Shown one piece after another: positions 1 through 9,397 of a stretch of DNA of 26,976 nucleotides. Numbering within the stretch: the stretch's first letter is position 1; the number at the start of each line of letters is the position of its first letter. The notes beneath the pieces are model-generated. The model ran no database searches and had not been told where the DNA came from. It saw only the letters and a program-made list of their open reading frames with translations. The position numbers were made by a program, and so were the translations under genes. The stretch comes from a virus (lineage: Duplodnaviria; Caudoviricetes). Location of the stretch: IMG/VR virus record IMGVR_UViG_3300027815_000018, positions 1 through 26,976 of that record; one strand, given 5' to 3'.

Positions 1-775
1 TAACAGTTGAAGATTGTATGTGAACAACACCTGTAGACGCGGCTCCACCTATTGCAACATCGCCACTAAACGCCCCCGTCCCCGCCACCAGCGCAGCAAT
101 CGTGCCAAGGGAAGTGATGTTCGGTTGAGCCGCAGTCGTCAGTGTTCCGCCAACATTCGTGAACGTGCCAGTCGTCGCAGCAACACTCAGAAACCCGCTG
201 ATCGTCGAGTTCGCTACCGTGCCGGTCAGGGCTTGCGAGGCGGCTATTACCAACCCGGCATTAGCCGTTACAGCTTGGCTAAATGCCGTTGCGCCTAAAA
301 TAGTGTTTGTTGCAGAAGCGTGGCCCACATTGAGAGCTACAGAGGCCCCAGCAAACAGAGCCATCGTGGTTGAGCCAGCAACAAGAGACGTAGTGATCGT
401 TGGGCTGGTGCCAAATACTGCTACCCCAGTCCCGGTTTCGTCAGTCAGCGATGCAAGCAGTTGTGCTGAAGTGATGCTGCCAGTCGCGGTTCCGTAAAGC
501 GTTCCTGACGTTGGTAGTGTGACTGCCGTGATCGCGCTTACGGTCAAAGTTGTGGCAAAATTGCCGGAAATCGTTAATGTTGAAGCACTATTATTGGCAA
601 CTCCTGTTCCACCTAGTTGTGGGGGAGTGACACCACCACTAAGATAGCCAACCTGCCTCTCAGTTCCGGTGTCGTCAATCCAATACAACAACCCAGTGGA
701 TTTTGCATAAAGCGAGAACTGCCCCGTTGAGGGGGTGGATGGAGTAGCATTAGTGGTTTGTGTTAAAAGAGCCAT
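1..775 (-). CDS. Tail fibre-like protein, truncated at the window edge
   Basis: Not in the ORF track because it runs off the edge. ATG at 775 gives MALLTQTTNATPSTPSTGQFSLYAKSTG... and stays open to position 1. Thr/Ala/Gly/Ser-rich, with GGTG and TDETGTG-like segments typical of phage fibres. Lies downstream of the tail-hub gene. Confidence 0.7.
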   Translation of the reverse strand, partial: MALLTQTTNATPSTPSTGQFSLYAKSTGLLYWIDDTGTERQVGYLSGGVTPPQLGGTGVANNSASTLTISGNFATTLTVSAITAVTLPTSGTLYGTATGSITSAQLLASLTDETGTGVAVFGTSPTITTSLVAGSTTMALFAGASVALNVGHASATNTILGATAFSQAVTANAGLVIAASQALTGTVANSTISGFLSVAATTGTFTNVGGTLTTAAQPNITSLGTIAALVAGTGAFSGDVAIGGAASTGVVHIQSSTV

Positions 776-787
776 CGTTCGTTCCGC

Positions 788-1279
788 CTATAGAATCAAC
801 AAAGTCCCACTGTTGGCGATTGTCCCTTGGTTATTTAGGGGGCCAGCAATGCAAATGCTAAATCCAGAGTCTATCGTTATCGTCTGCCCAACAGATATTG
901 TTTGTTTCATTTGAGGCCAAGACGTGTATTGGGGAGCTGTCGCTCCTGTATTCATTTCTACTACTTGCCGAGCCGTTCCAACTGCTAGTCCTGTGGGGGC
1001 ATTGCCAGCACCACCCCCAAGAAGAATTGCATTAGCCCCAAGCAGTCCAGAACTTGCCCACGACGTAGCACTATCAAAAAAGACAACTCCACCACTCGTT
1101 CCAGCAACGGTCAAGGTTGTGGTTGACCCTACTGGAGTGGCAGTGATAATACCACCAGTAAAAGTCAGTGTTTGTAAAGATGCATTTAATCGGAGTTGAA
1201 GTTGCCTGAACCATTCCTGTAGCGTAAAAGGAAAAGTTCTACTATCCATCAGTGGAAATGGGATTAGATTATTAGCCAT
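788..1279 (-). CDS. Tail-associated structural protein
   Basis: 163 aa, starting 1 nt after the gp10-like gene. N-terminal 'EWFRQLQLRL' helix followed by a Gly/Thr-rich fibre-like region. Confidence 0.6.
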   Translation of the reverse strand: MANNLIPFPLMDSRTFPFTLQEWFRQLQLRLNASLQTLTFTGGIITATPVGSTTTLTVAGTSGGVVFFDSATSWASSGLLGANAILLGGGAGNAPTGLAVGTARQVVEMNTGATAPQYTSWPQMKQTISVGQTITIDSGFSICIAGPLNNQGTIANSGTLLIL

Positions 1280-1280
1280 A

Positions 1281-2975
1281 TTATGAATCTCCCATCCGAA
1301 CCCGAAGTTCTATTGCTTCAACCCGAAATGGATTATTCCCAGCAAAACTTAGTTGAAACGCGCGTCTTTGGAATCTTCCAAGGTTAGTGCAAAAACATTG
1401 GGCGTTAGCCATATCTAACGTTCTAGCTGTGCTTAGTGTCACATAATCATCGTCACTATATTGTAAACTAACATTGGTGGTTGAAGCTTGCACATCCCCA
1501 ATCAGATCAAGCCGTTTGCAGAATTTCCAGCGCATTGTATCGAAATCCATCCGAGAGAATCTTGTCAAGACTGTGAAATTGGTAGAATCATCCTGATATA
1601 CTGTCGGGGATAATACATACAACCAACCATTGGTGGCATGTTGGCAAATAGCAGCATTTGCGTGCTCAATAATGCTAACGATTGGCCAAACAGCGCCACC
1701 AGCCGCTGCCTCCCACTCAGTCCATAATTCGGTATCATGGTCAAAGACAAATGTTCTTCCTGCCGTTGTCAAACTCAAGACATATAATAGTTTTCCAACT
1801 GTTCTTAGTGAGAAAGCATTAGCTGAGGAGATTGCGGTGCCCTCCCCATTCAGAATCCGTTGTAATTCCAAAGAAGCAATTTCTTTTACAGCAGTAACCC
1901 CATCCATCTTGTAGATCGTGTGGCCACCAGTGTCACTGTTCGTGACCCAAATGATGCTTCCTTCGTCTTTAACAATACTTCCTCTTGCCGCACATCCAAG
2001 TTGTTGCACTGCTTGTTCCACATTGGATAAAGGAGACCCAGCAGTATTAGCAGCATCATAAAAGAACTGAACTGACCGATTCATAAACACGACCATTAAG
2101 TTATTTTGGCGTGCAATCCCCACCCCAGTTCCACCATACATCTGGGCAGTGAGGAACGAAGCTGCTGCCCAAGTCGTGGGGTCATCCACAGCACAGTTCA
2201 CAAGCACACAATCAGAACGAAGGGTGAAAAAATAGCCATCCATATACACTAAATCACGAGTGGTCGGCAAAGTAGCAGTATGCGTTCCTGATTGTGATCC
2301 AGATGTATTGATAGCCGTTCCTCCGGGAGTTGCAGCAATTTCAAATACGTTCGCTGTAAGACCCGCAGCTAAAACATAATAGGTGGTTCCTGCAACAATG
2401 CCCGTTGGCAATGCCCCCGTGGTATTAAACACTACTGGCATTCCAGCAAGAAGAGCATGAGAAGACCAAGACACAACGCCGGGGGATGCTATCGTGATTG
2501 TTACTGTTGCTGATTTGACTGAAATAGTTGTGACAGCATCTACTAAACTAATTAAGTAGATGTTGATTCCATCATTAATTCCAAGATATTGGGTAGTAAT
2601 CCCAAGACGTGTTTCAGCAAATCCGCATATTCCAGTAGATGTCTTTAGGGTAACTCCAAGATCAGTTGTTCCTGAGTAAATTTTAGTGCCACACACACTA
2701 TAGAGTTTGTCATTCCAACTATAACACCCACGTCCCGTTGCATTTCCAGCGGGGGGTCTTATTCCTCCTGTCTGCGTAAGTCCGGGTCGTTTGCAGAAGA
2801 AATAGTGTGTTTTTTGTGTTTCAGCATTCTTGGATACTTCAAAGAATCCGTTGACAAACCGCTGGTCTTTTGAGGCACTTGTTCCACGAAAGAACATATC
2901 TCCAATAACGGGGATTCGAGCCGTCTGGATATCCTCTGACTGCTTAGAACTTGGCCCAGTGAATTTCTTAGCCAT
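1281..2975 (-). CDS. P22 gp10-like tail hub / DNA stabilization protein
   Basis: 564 aa, beta-rich. Segments 'KRPGL', 'YMDGYF', 'QLGCAARGSI' and 'LQYSDDDY..S..R.L......NLGRFQRRAFQL' fit podovirus gp10-like proteins. Follows the adaptor gene. Confidence 0.75.
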   Translation of the reverse strand: MAKKFTGPSSKQSEDIQTARIPVIGDMFFRGTSASKDQRFVNGFFEVSKNAETQKTHYFFCKRPGLTQTGGIRPPAGNATGRGCYSWNDKLYSVCGTKIYSGTTDLGVTLKTSTGICGFAETRLGITTQYLGINDGINIYLISLVDAVTTISVKSATVTITIASPGVVSWSSHALLAGMPVVFNTTGALPTGIVAGTTYYVLAAGLTANVFEIAATPGGTAINTSGSQSGTHTATLPTTRDLVYMDGYFFTLRSDCVLVNCAVDDPTTWAAASFLTAQMYGGTGVGIARQNNLMVVFMNRSVQFFYDAANTAGSPLSNVEQAVQQLGCAARGSIVKDEGSIIWVTNSDTGGHTIYKMDGVTAVKEIASLELQRILNGEGTAISSANAFSLRTVGKLLYVLSLTTAGRTFVFDHDTELWTEWEAAAGGAVWPIVSIIEHANAAICQHATNGWLYVLSPTVYQDDSTNFTVLTRFSRMDFDTMRWKFCKRLDLIGDVQASTTNVSLQYSDDDYVTLSTARTLDMANAQCFCTNLGRFQRRAFQLSFAGNNPFRVEAIELRVRMGDS

Positions 2976-2982
2976 CTCTGAT

Positions 2983-4008
2983 TTACCTACTCAAAGAGTT
3001 GATTAACATCTCGTTTGGCTGGATGAAGAAAGATGTTGATTCTTGGTCATACCCGTTGACCAGATCAAAAGATTCATCAGCAAGTAGTTTAATCTGCTTA
3101 AATTTAAGCTCAGTGACTTCATATTCTGGGGCTATAGCTAAAGCAAGGTTAAATTTTAATGCCTCATTCCATTCTTGAGGAAGATCAAAATCGTCTGTGG
3201 AATTGGTAAAATCGTCAATCGCCTTTTGGAACTCAATAAAAAGCAACTGATCCACATTGGAGAACACCGGGTATATATATACCAATCCCGAATTTGATTG
3301 TTGGTCATAATATAATTGCACAGGTTGCCCTGTGCTGGTTTTAATTCCAAACCGATTGTAATTCTCACGGGGTATAAGATTAATTGGGATGTCACTATTG
3401 TTACTTAGTTGGCGGACATATCCATCCAGAATTCGTAACGGGCGTGTTAATTTCGTGGCATAAACAAACACCCGGTTGCCAGAAGCAGCCGCTCCAGTGA
3501 GCGCCGTTGTCAAGGTGGCGGTGTTAGTGCTCAAGGCCCCATTAATCGTTGTCCACTGCAAATCCCCACTGTCCAATTCGACACCAATATTATGAGTGGT
3601 GGCAGCAGTGAAAACAGAAATCCCTGTGGAACTACCACTTGTGATTGCCGTCAAAGTTACTGTCGTTGCACCACTAGCAGCAGCGGCAGAGAGCGTGGTA
3701 TTTACAAAGTCGCCATAGCCCAAAGGACTAGCCAGAGTTGCGTGGTCTCCGGCAGGTCCGGGGGTGCCAAGAGAATACACACCTTGGTCTACACGAGGAA
3801 AAATAACCCCCCATTTCCGTTCCCAAAGTTGAAGTCCAAGAGCCTCCCACTTTTTGATGAGCATATTCAAAGCCTCAGCAGCAAAGGTGATCTGATTAGT
3901 AGAAGGCCCAGCACTATTCTCTGGATCATATGCACTACAAAGACGTAAAGCTCCTTTGATAAGGGTATTTCGATCTGCCCTATATGTGATGGTCCCGCTC
4001 GTGGCCAA
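2983..4008 (-). CDS. P22 gp4-like head-to-tail adaptor
   Basis: TTG start with an AGGGG RBS. 'LIKGALR...ALNMLIKKW' at the N-terminus and 'DLPQEWNEALKFNLALAIAPEY' at the C-terminus are typical of gp4-like adaptors. Confidence 0.75.
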   Translation of the reverse strand: MATSGTITYRADRNTLIKGALRLCSAYDPENSAGPSTNQITFAAEALNMLIKKWEALGLQLWERKWGVIFPRVDQGVYSLGTPGPAGDHATLASPLGYGDFVNTTLSAAAASGATTVTLTAITSGSSTGISVFTAATTHNIGVELDSGDLQWTTINGALSTNTATLTTALTGAAASGNRVFVYATKLTRPLRILDGYVRQLSNNSDIPINLIPRENYNRFGIKTSTGQPVQLYYDQQSNSGLVYIYPVFSNVDQLLFIEFQKAIDDFTNSTDDFDLPQEWNEALKFNLALAIAPEYEVTELKFKQIKLLADESFDLVNGYDQESTSFFIQPNEMLINSLSR

Positions 4009-4010
4009 GA

Positions 4011-4277
4011 CTATTCCCCTTTCAAGAAAGGAAGACTTGAGATAAGTTCATGCCAAAAGGCATTTGCTAAAAAGACAATAGCGGCAACACATCCCCAACC
4101 AAAAACGTGGGCTTTGGTTTTTTCCCAGAGTTCTTGTTTTCGTTTTTCTTTTTCTATTAATGTTTTGATGAATTGGTGTTGATCACACAGCATGTGAATT
4201 TCCAGCGCCTCAACAACAACTTCTTTCAGATCATCTTTGGTTAGTGCCTGTCGTCTCCGATCCACAGGAGTAGTCAT
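4011..4277 (-). CDS. Small membrane protein (holin-like candidate)
   Basis: AAGGAG RBS before ATG 4277. Charged helix followed by one hydrophobic segment (VFGWGCVAAIVFLANAFW). Confidence 0.5.
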   Translation of the reverse strand: MTTPVDRRRQALTKDDLKEVVVEALEIHMLCDQHQFIKTLIEKEKRKQELWEKTKAHVFGWGCVAAIVFLANAFWHELISSLPFLKGE

Positions 4278-4289
4278 ATACAAAACTCC

Positions 4290-4706
4290 TTACAGATTAG
4301 AACTTCCGACGTTATTCTTTAACACCTCAATCGTGATTTGACCGCAGTCCGTCGCAGATGTTGCAAGGCCAAAGGTAGTCACAAGGATATCTCCTGTCAC
4401 TCCATCTCCAGCATTATTGCTTAATCCACCAATATCACACCAATCAAGATGGGTTTCATGGTCTGCTGCTAAAGCTACTGCCCCTACGTCGGTGGTCGCA
4501 TCGAACTCAAGACGAGCGTTAAATCCGTTTAAACAGGCGTCAACTTTTAGAATTGCTACCTTTGTCGGCGATCCTGAAAGACCACTAACATCCACTAACA
4601 CGGCATCGGAGACCTCCCCAGAAGCCCCGTCACTGGAAATCCAACAATGAATAATAGCCCGATGAGAACTGTCGTGAAGGGTCCTTACTGTTACAGTGTT
4701 TGCCAT
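4290..4706 (-). CDS. Hypothetical virion protein
   Basis: 138 aa, beta-rich, AAGGA RBS, inside the structural operon. Confidence 0.6.
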   Translation of the reverse strand: MANTVTVRTLHDSSHRAIIHCWISSDGASGEVSDAVLVDVSGLSGSPTKVAILKVDACLNGFNARLEFDATTDVGAVALAADHETHLDWCDIGGLSNNAGDGVTGDILVTTFGLATSATDCGQITIEVLKNNVGSSNL

Positions 4707-4718
4707 AATTTGTGGTCC

Positions 4719-4928
4719 TTATTTGTCAATCAGATCGTTAATTCGAGCGGCACTGACCCGACTGTCGTCCATCCCTAAATGGGTCTTCAGTTTGCGTTCA
4801 ATGAAGGCACATTTATCGGCAGCTTCAGCATTTTTGAAGGAAGAACCCCAACCGGCGTCCTGCAATTGCCGGTCAGTGTTTGTCCTTGTTCGGCCCTTTG
4901 GCTGACTGTCCTTTATGATAATAAGCAT
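4719..4928 (-). CDS. Hypothetical protein
   Basis: 69 aa, tightly packed between its neighbours in the operon. Confidence 0.5.
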   Translation of the reverse strand: MLIIIKDSQPKGRTRTNTDRQLQDAGWGSSFKNAEAADKCAFIERKLKTHLGMDDSRVSAARINDLIDK

Positions 4929-4929
4929 A

Positions 4930-5883
4930 TTAGGAAGTCATAATACCGGCACTGTAGAAATTTCCTGAGCGAATAATACCAGCATTGTTCGTATTATCCG
5001 TGCCATAACCTGCATTGGCACTACCAAAGAAATTACCAGATGCGCTTCCAGTGACTGTAGTGCCACCAATACAGAAGATATACTTAGTCATAGTTCCAGC
5101 CGCGTGACTGGGAACAGTATGTCCAAAGTGATTGCCCACTACTGCCAAATTTGTGCCATCTGACAACATCAAATCGGCTGCAATATTCTCCGCCAATCCA
5201 TTAAAGATATTACCTCTGATAACAAGTTCCTTCCAAGCATTCATCGTTGATCCCGCCGCGATTCCAACACGACAGTCAACAAAGAAGCAATCCTCTACAA
5301 GCTGACCTTCACTGCTGTCAAAGCGAATTGCACTCTGCACAACACCCGCCGCTGCCGGATGATCTGCTAAATCGGCAGAAAACCCGCAGTTCACAATGCT
5401 CGAACCAATATTAGTTCCACTGCCCGTATTCCAGTAGGCTTTAATGCCAAACCCACTTGACTGAGCCGCACGAGAGAAAAAGTGAACATTCTCAACATTA
5501 GCGTGGCTTGGGCGTAATTCAAGTGCAGAGTCATCCACAGAGTTAGACGAATTTCGCCACGTGCAGGCTTGATACACACTTCCGCCTTTCCCATGACCCG
5601 TGCCAATAATACTCAGGCCGGTGGACGCAGCGGGAGCAATAACACTCTCTGTGTAGTATGATCCAGCAGCGAGAGGACGAATATAGATTGTGTCGTCTTT
5701 TCCAGCAAGAGCAACTGCACGAGTGATCGTCGCAAGGCTAAGGCTAGGGTCGGTTCCCGGATTACCATTCAGCCCATTCGTTCCGTCAACAAACCAAACA
5801 CGGCTTGTCCAAAGACCAGCAAATTTATTAGCACCAACTACAGGTGTTGCAAAAATACCGTTAGGAAAATTAGTAAGAGGCAT
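4930..5883 (-). CDS. Right-handed beta-helix (pectate lyase-like) virion protein, possibly a capsid fibre
   Basis: GGAG RBS before ATG 5883 (MPLTNFPNGI). 'VWFVDGTNG..G.PG.....ATITRAV.....DDTIYIRP....Y.E' is a typical beta-helix N-cap, followed by Asn/Gly ladder repeats (GNIF, GNHF, GNFF, GNFY). Confidence 0.65.
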   Translation of the reverse strand: MPLTNFPNGIFATPVVGANKFAGLWTSRVWFVDGTNGLNGNPGTDPSLSLATITRAVALAGKDDTIYIRPLAAGSYYTESVIAPAASTGLSIIGTGHGKGGSVYQACTWRNSSNSVDDSALELRPSHANVENVHFFSRAAQSSGFGIKAYWNTGSGTNIGSSIVNCGFSADLADHPAAAGVVQSAIRFDSSEGQLVEDCFFVDCRVGIAAGSTMNAWKELVIRGNIFNGLAENIAADLMLSDGTNLAVVGNHFGHTVPSHAAGTMTKYIFCIGGTTVTGSASGNFFGSANAGYGTDNTNNAGIIRSGNFYSAGIMTS

Positions 5884-5963
5884 ATTATATATTCTCCAGT
5901 GCCCCACGAAGTTACATCGTGGCTTACCCCAACTTAACTATTAATCTGCTAAGATCGGAACAC

Positions 5964-5993
5964 AAAAAGCGGTAAGGGGGGACAATTCCCCCC
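5964..5993 (-). terminator. Probable intrinsic terminator after the major capsid gene
   Basis: 7-bp GC hairpin (plus strand GGGGGGA-CAAT-TCCCCCC, 5976-5993), followed on the minus strand by TTACCGCTTTTT. Confidence 0.55.
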
Positions 5994-6014
5994 GTCCCTT
6001 ATTAAATTACACTG

Positions 6015-6923
6015 TTATACACCCGGCGTGCCATACACTGCACGAGGATCAGTCCAACCAAAACTATACCGACCCGTTGCTTTGAATTTGGCATTTTCGG
6101 TGTCAAAGTCATTGTCTTCGGTGAAGGAATCGTCTTTTCGACTGAAATACTTCATACCGTCTTTTACGTCGGTCTTGAGAAACCAAGCCGTAGTAGAAGT
6201 AAGGTAGTGGTTCATCGCCACTCCGCCGGGCAGCATTCCCAGATTACGCAGTGCATTTGGATCATTGTTGGCTGTTCCAACTCGCAACACAGAGTTAAGA
6301 ATCCGCTCTGCTTGGAACTGGAGGTCAACAGGAATTATCAATTTCTGCGGAATTACTTTGATCTTCAAACCACGATCATTCGTGTATTTCCCGATATCAA
6401 TATGAGCCTGTTCCAACGCTGCTTCCGAAAGATTCGCAGCCACACTCAGTTTATTTGACCAAGTGCCACCAATCGCATTAGCGTGCGACGTAACAATCAT
6501 CACCGAGCCGTCGCCACCAGTATACCCGGTAGTAAAGGCACGATTATAGACGTTAGCACCCACCGTTTCTTTCGTTTGGCGCATTGAGAAAGCCAAACCG
6601 CGCGCACGCTTCTCAGCGATTACGTCATAAAGATCATCATCAAAAGCTTCTTGAGTTACAATAAACCCAAGGCCATAGACAATGTGCGTATAGCGGGTGA
6701 TGAACGCTTGAATCTCAGTATCATATTGCACTCCTTGGCCTTCCGGCTTAACTTGTGCAAGTCCGAAACTAGAGACTCCAACATCTTCTTCAAACGCTTT
6801 ACGGCTTGTGAATTGATCAAACAGTTCAGTCCACTCGACCTTAAACTCGCTGTATTCTTTACCATACCACGCGTTTACTCCGGGCCAGAGTGCTTTGCTG
6901 AATGAACCAGTATTAATAGTCAT
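6015..6923 (-). CDS. Major capsid protein
   Basis: 302 aa: 'FSKALWPGVNAWYG', 'KPEGQGVQYD', 'TRYTHIVYGLGF.VT.EA.DD.LY', 'NHYLT...AWFLKT', 'DFDT.N.KFKA..RYSFGWTDPR'. Lies downstream of the scaffold gene. Confidence 0.9.
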   Translation of the reverse strand: MTINTGSFSKALWPGVNAWYGKEYSEFKVEWTELFDQFTSRKAFEEDVGVSSFGLAQVKPEGQGVQYDTEIQAFITRYTHIVYGLGFIVTQEAFDDDLYDVIAEKRARGLAFSMRQTKETVGANVYNRAFTTGYTGGDGSVMIVTSHANAIGGTWSNKLSVAANLSEAALEQAHIDIGKYTNDRGLKIKVIPQKLIIPVDLQFQAERILNSVLRVGTANNDPNALRNLGMLPGGVAMNHYLTSTTAWFLKTDVKDGMKYFSRKDDSFTEDNDFDTENAKFKATGRYSFGWTDPRAVYGTPGV

Positions 6924-6942
6924 ATCCTAGTCCTTTCGTTAA

Positions 6943-7593
6943 TTAAGCACCGACCTTGAGAGTGGCCAGATCGCTGTTCGCCATCAGGACATCCCAGTGC
7001 CAATACGGTGAAGTATCTGAGGCAGACGAATTGAAGTTATCAATCCGTTGAGTCGCGCGATATACACGCCACGGTTTATCGGTAGTAGCGCCGCCAGCCG
7101 CCCCCGTAAGGGTATAACCAGAGACACCAGTCGTTGCCGAACCTGCCGCAGCAGTCACATCAAGCAGTTTGTTAACGGGGTTATTAGTCGCCGTTACATA
7201 ACTGTTCGTGCCACTTTCTTCTGCTTCAAAGATTACATTATAGTCATCCACAACCCAAGCATACCGGGCAGTTGACGCGAGACGATACATGAGACCAAGG
7301 GATGCCGTCGCCGTGTGATTATATTCGGGTTCGGGCACAAAACCAGCAATCGCTCCACGGAACACCGTGGTCGTGATAGTGGAACCAGTCACCGTAATAA
7401 ACGGAATAACCGGGGCCAACTTATCAGTGAGTGCTGTGGTGTCATACGTGGTATCAACCTTGATCGGATCACCATTATACGCTGCGGTGGCATCAGACGC
7501 ACTGAAAGCATAAAGCTCAGTTGCCCCATTCCACTTGACAGCTTGTAGGTGACGGACCGGGCGAAATCCCCAAGGACGCGACACATTAGCCAT
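6943..7593 (-). CDS. Capsid-associated (minor capsid/cement-like) protein
   Basis: GGAGG RBS before ATG 7593. The 'MANVSRPWGFRPV' N-terminus is typical of the gene just upstream of this capsid type. Confidence 0.65.
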   Translation of the reverse strand: MANVSRPWGFRPVRHLQAVKWNGATELYAFSASDATAAYNGDPIKVDTTYDTTALTDKLAPVIPFITVTGSTITTTVFRGAIAGFVPEPEYNHTATASLGLMYRLASTARYAWVVDDYNVIFEAEESGTNSYVTATNNPVNKLLDVTAAAGSATTGVSGYTLTGAAGGATTDKPWRVYRATQRIDNFNSSASDTSPYWHWDVLMANSDLATLKVGA

Positions 7594-7693
7594 ATAAATT
7601 ACCTCCAAAAATTAGATAGGTATAATTCAACTTCGATGTTTTCCCAACAAGTCTTTGAAGAGTTATTTGGCAAACGTGATACTACTATCTTGT

Positions 7694-8140
7694 TTATCGG
7701 CCTACAGGTTTCGAGTATTCAACTCTAACTTCGCCATATTTGCCTTCTTCCTTGCGGTTAAGATTACTGAAAAGAGCTTGTTCATTGGCATTTGTTTCAT
7801 CATCAATCATTTTCATCTCTTCGTTGTAATCTTCCTCTGTGCAACGCATTAAATAACCAGTATGATTGTTGCCTATCTTAATGGTGACTTTCCCGCCCAC
7901 TTCTTGGGCTGTGTCTACATGGCGATCCCCAATCTGCACCTCATGGGTGACAAATTCAAAACCCGCCATTTCAAATTGGTGGATATTCTCCTCGTTGACA
8001 ATACAATAATGCCAACCCGGTTCTTGTCCGTGAACTGAGAGTTTATCCCGGAGACCGTGAATAGGAGTTCTTTTTGGGCGACCTGAACGGTCGATCTTGC
8101 TGGGCCGTGTTTCGTCAGTCTTCTTTATTCCTTTTGGCAT
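7694..8140 (-). CDS. Conserved head-module hypothetical protein
   Basis: GAGGAG RBS. Contains 'PGWHYCIVN...I..F..AGFEFV' and 'YLMR...E.Y.E' and lies between scaffold and capsid genes. Confidence 0.65.
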   Translation of the reverse strand: MPKGIKKTDETRPSKIDRSGRPKRTPIHGLRDKLSVHGQEPGWHYCIVNEENIHQFEMAGFEFVTHEVQIGDRHVDTAQEVGGKVTIKIGNNHTGYLMRCTEEDYNEEMKMIDDETNANEQALFSNLNRKEEGKYGEVRVEYSKPVGR

Positions 8141-8157
8141 CTTATATGCTCCTCTGG

Positions 8158-9048
8158 TTAACGATTATCGGCAAGTTGTGCAAGATATTCTTCCTGCTCA
8201 CTACGCTTGTTTTTTGCGGCAATGTCTTTTAGAACCCCACGTTTAATGAAGGTTCTCATTACTTGTCGTTCGGTGTCACTCAAATCTCCAACACTCAGAC
8301 CTTTTGATTTACCTCTTTGGCCTAGCGGTGGGGTTGACTTCTCAACCGAATTGACAGTTTTATCAGTGGTAGTTTCCACGTTTTCTTCATTAGCCTTTGC
8401 TTTTGATTTAGAGGTGAACTTCTCCGGGTAAATCTTCTTGATTCTATCCGTCACATAGTCCAGCATCTTCTCTTGAGTCGTGCCTTGATTCTTCATCATG
8501 TAACCCACTCCGATGGAGACTGCTTCATCTTGGAGGGTTTGATCATCGTCAAACCAAGAATTCTTACCTCTCCATGCGACCATGTATTCAGTTTCTTGCG
8601 GACCTTGTTGAGTCTGACTCGCTTGGACTGCTTTCACGTGGGCTTGCTTGGTGGTGTCAATCTGCATGTCAAGTTTACGGACAGTCTCGATATCCTTGTC
8701 GATGATAGCGATATCACGCTGTTCTTGCAGATCAGTCAGTGCTCGTTTGTAGGCTTGTTCGTTCATCTGAGCAAACTGCCCCGAGATGACTTTCATGTCC
8801 GCCTCAAACCGAGTTTGCTGCTGTTTCAGTTGCCGTTTGAGATCACGGTTAGCTTCAAAGAGGGGTTCACGACCAAGGAATTCCTTTGCGTCAACCCAAT
8901 CGGCAGGTTCTCCAGTGTATTCATCCAGTGGTTTCCAGCCTTTCTTTCTTGCTTTTTCTTCTCTTGCATTCTCCACAATCTGTGGACTTAGGACATTTCC
9001 GTCAGGTTCTCCGGGAACATGCGTTCCCAACTCTTCTTTATCCGGCAT
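8158..9048 (-). CDS. Scaffolding protein
   Basis: GAGGGG RBS before ATG 9048. 'AR.KGWKP..E..G....WVDAKEFL.R', a coiled coil, 'W..KNSWF' and 'I.K.YPEKF'. Lies between portal and capsid genes. Confidence 0.75.
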   Translation of the reverse strand: MPDKEELGTHVPGEPDGNVLSPQIVENAREEKARKKGWKPLDEYTGEPADWVDAKEFLGREPLFEANRDLKRQLKQQQTRFEADMKVISGQFAQMNEQAYKRALTDLQEQRDIAIIDKDIETVRKLDMQIDTTKQAHVKAVQASQTQQGPQETEYMVAWRGKNSWFDDDQTLQDEAVSIGVGYMMKNQGTTQEKMLDYVTDRIKKIYPEKFTSKSKAKANEENVETTTDKTVNSVEKSTPPLGQRGKSKGLSVGDLSDTERQVMRTFIKRGVLKDIAAKNKRSEQEEYLAQLADNR

Positions 9049-9397
9049 TATTGTTAAGCCCCTCAAGGGTTATTTTTTGGTAGTATGGATGTTTTACCTT
9101 ATCAAAGATATCGCCCATATCCAAATACGCTAAATACCATTTTGCTATTGAATCTCCATAGACTAGATGGATTCTGTCAAGGGCTTTCTTTAAACCCCGA
9201 ATACAAGCATCCTCTGCTACAGCTTGACTAACATTTCGATTAAGGGATTCCTGCCAAACCCAGAATTCCCAATTCTCGTTATAGAACACTTTTGCTGCTT
9301 GCGCCTCAGTATACACCCATTCCGGGATGCCCTCTGGCCTATCTTCATATCGCACATTCCGGCGTTTTGGTCGCCAAGAAAGAGCTAGATTAGACAA
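9038..9397 (-). CDS. Hypothetical protein
   Basis: 119 aa, TTG start, overlapping both neighbours by a few nucleotides. Confidence 0.55.
   Translation of the reverse strand: MSNLALSWRPKRRNVRYEDRPEGIPEWVYTEAQAAKVFYNENWEFWVWQESLNRNVSQAVAEDACIRGLKKALDRIHLVYGDSIAKWYLAYLDMGDIFDKVKHPYYQKITLEGLNNNAG

Noticed and set aside
14-1199. Plus-strand ORFs 14..298, 159..497 and 924..1199
   Set aside because: They are antisense shadows of the Thr/Ala/Gly-rich tail genes.
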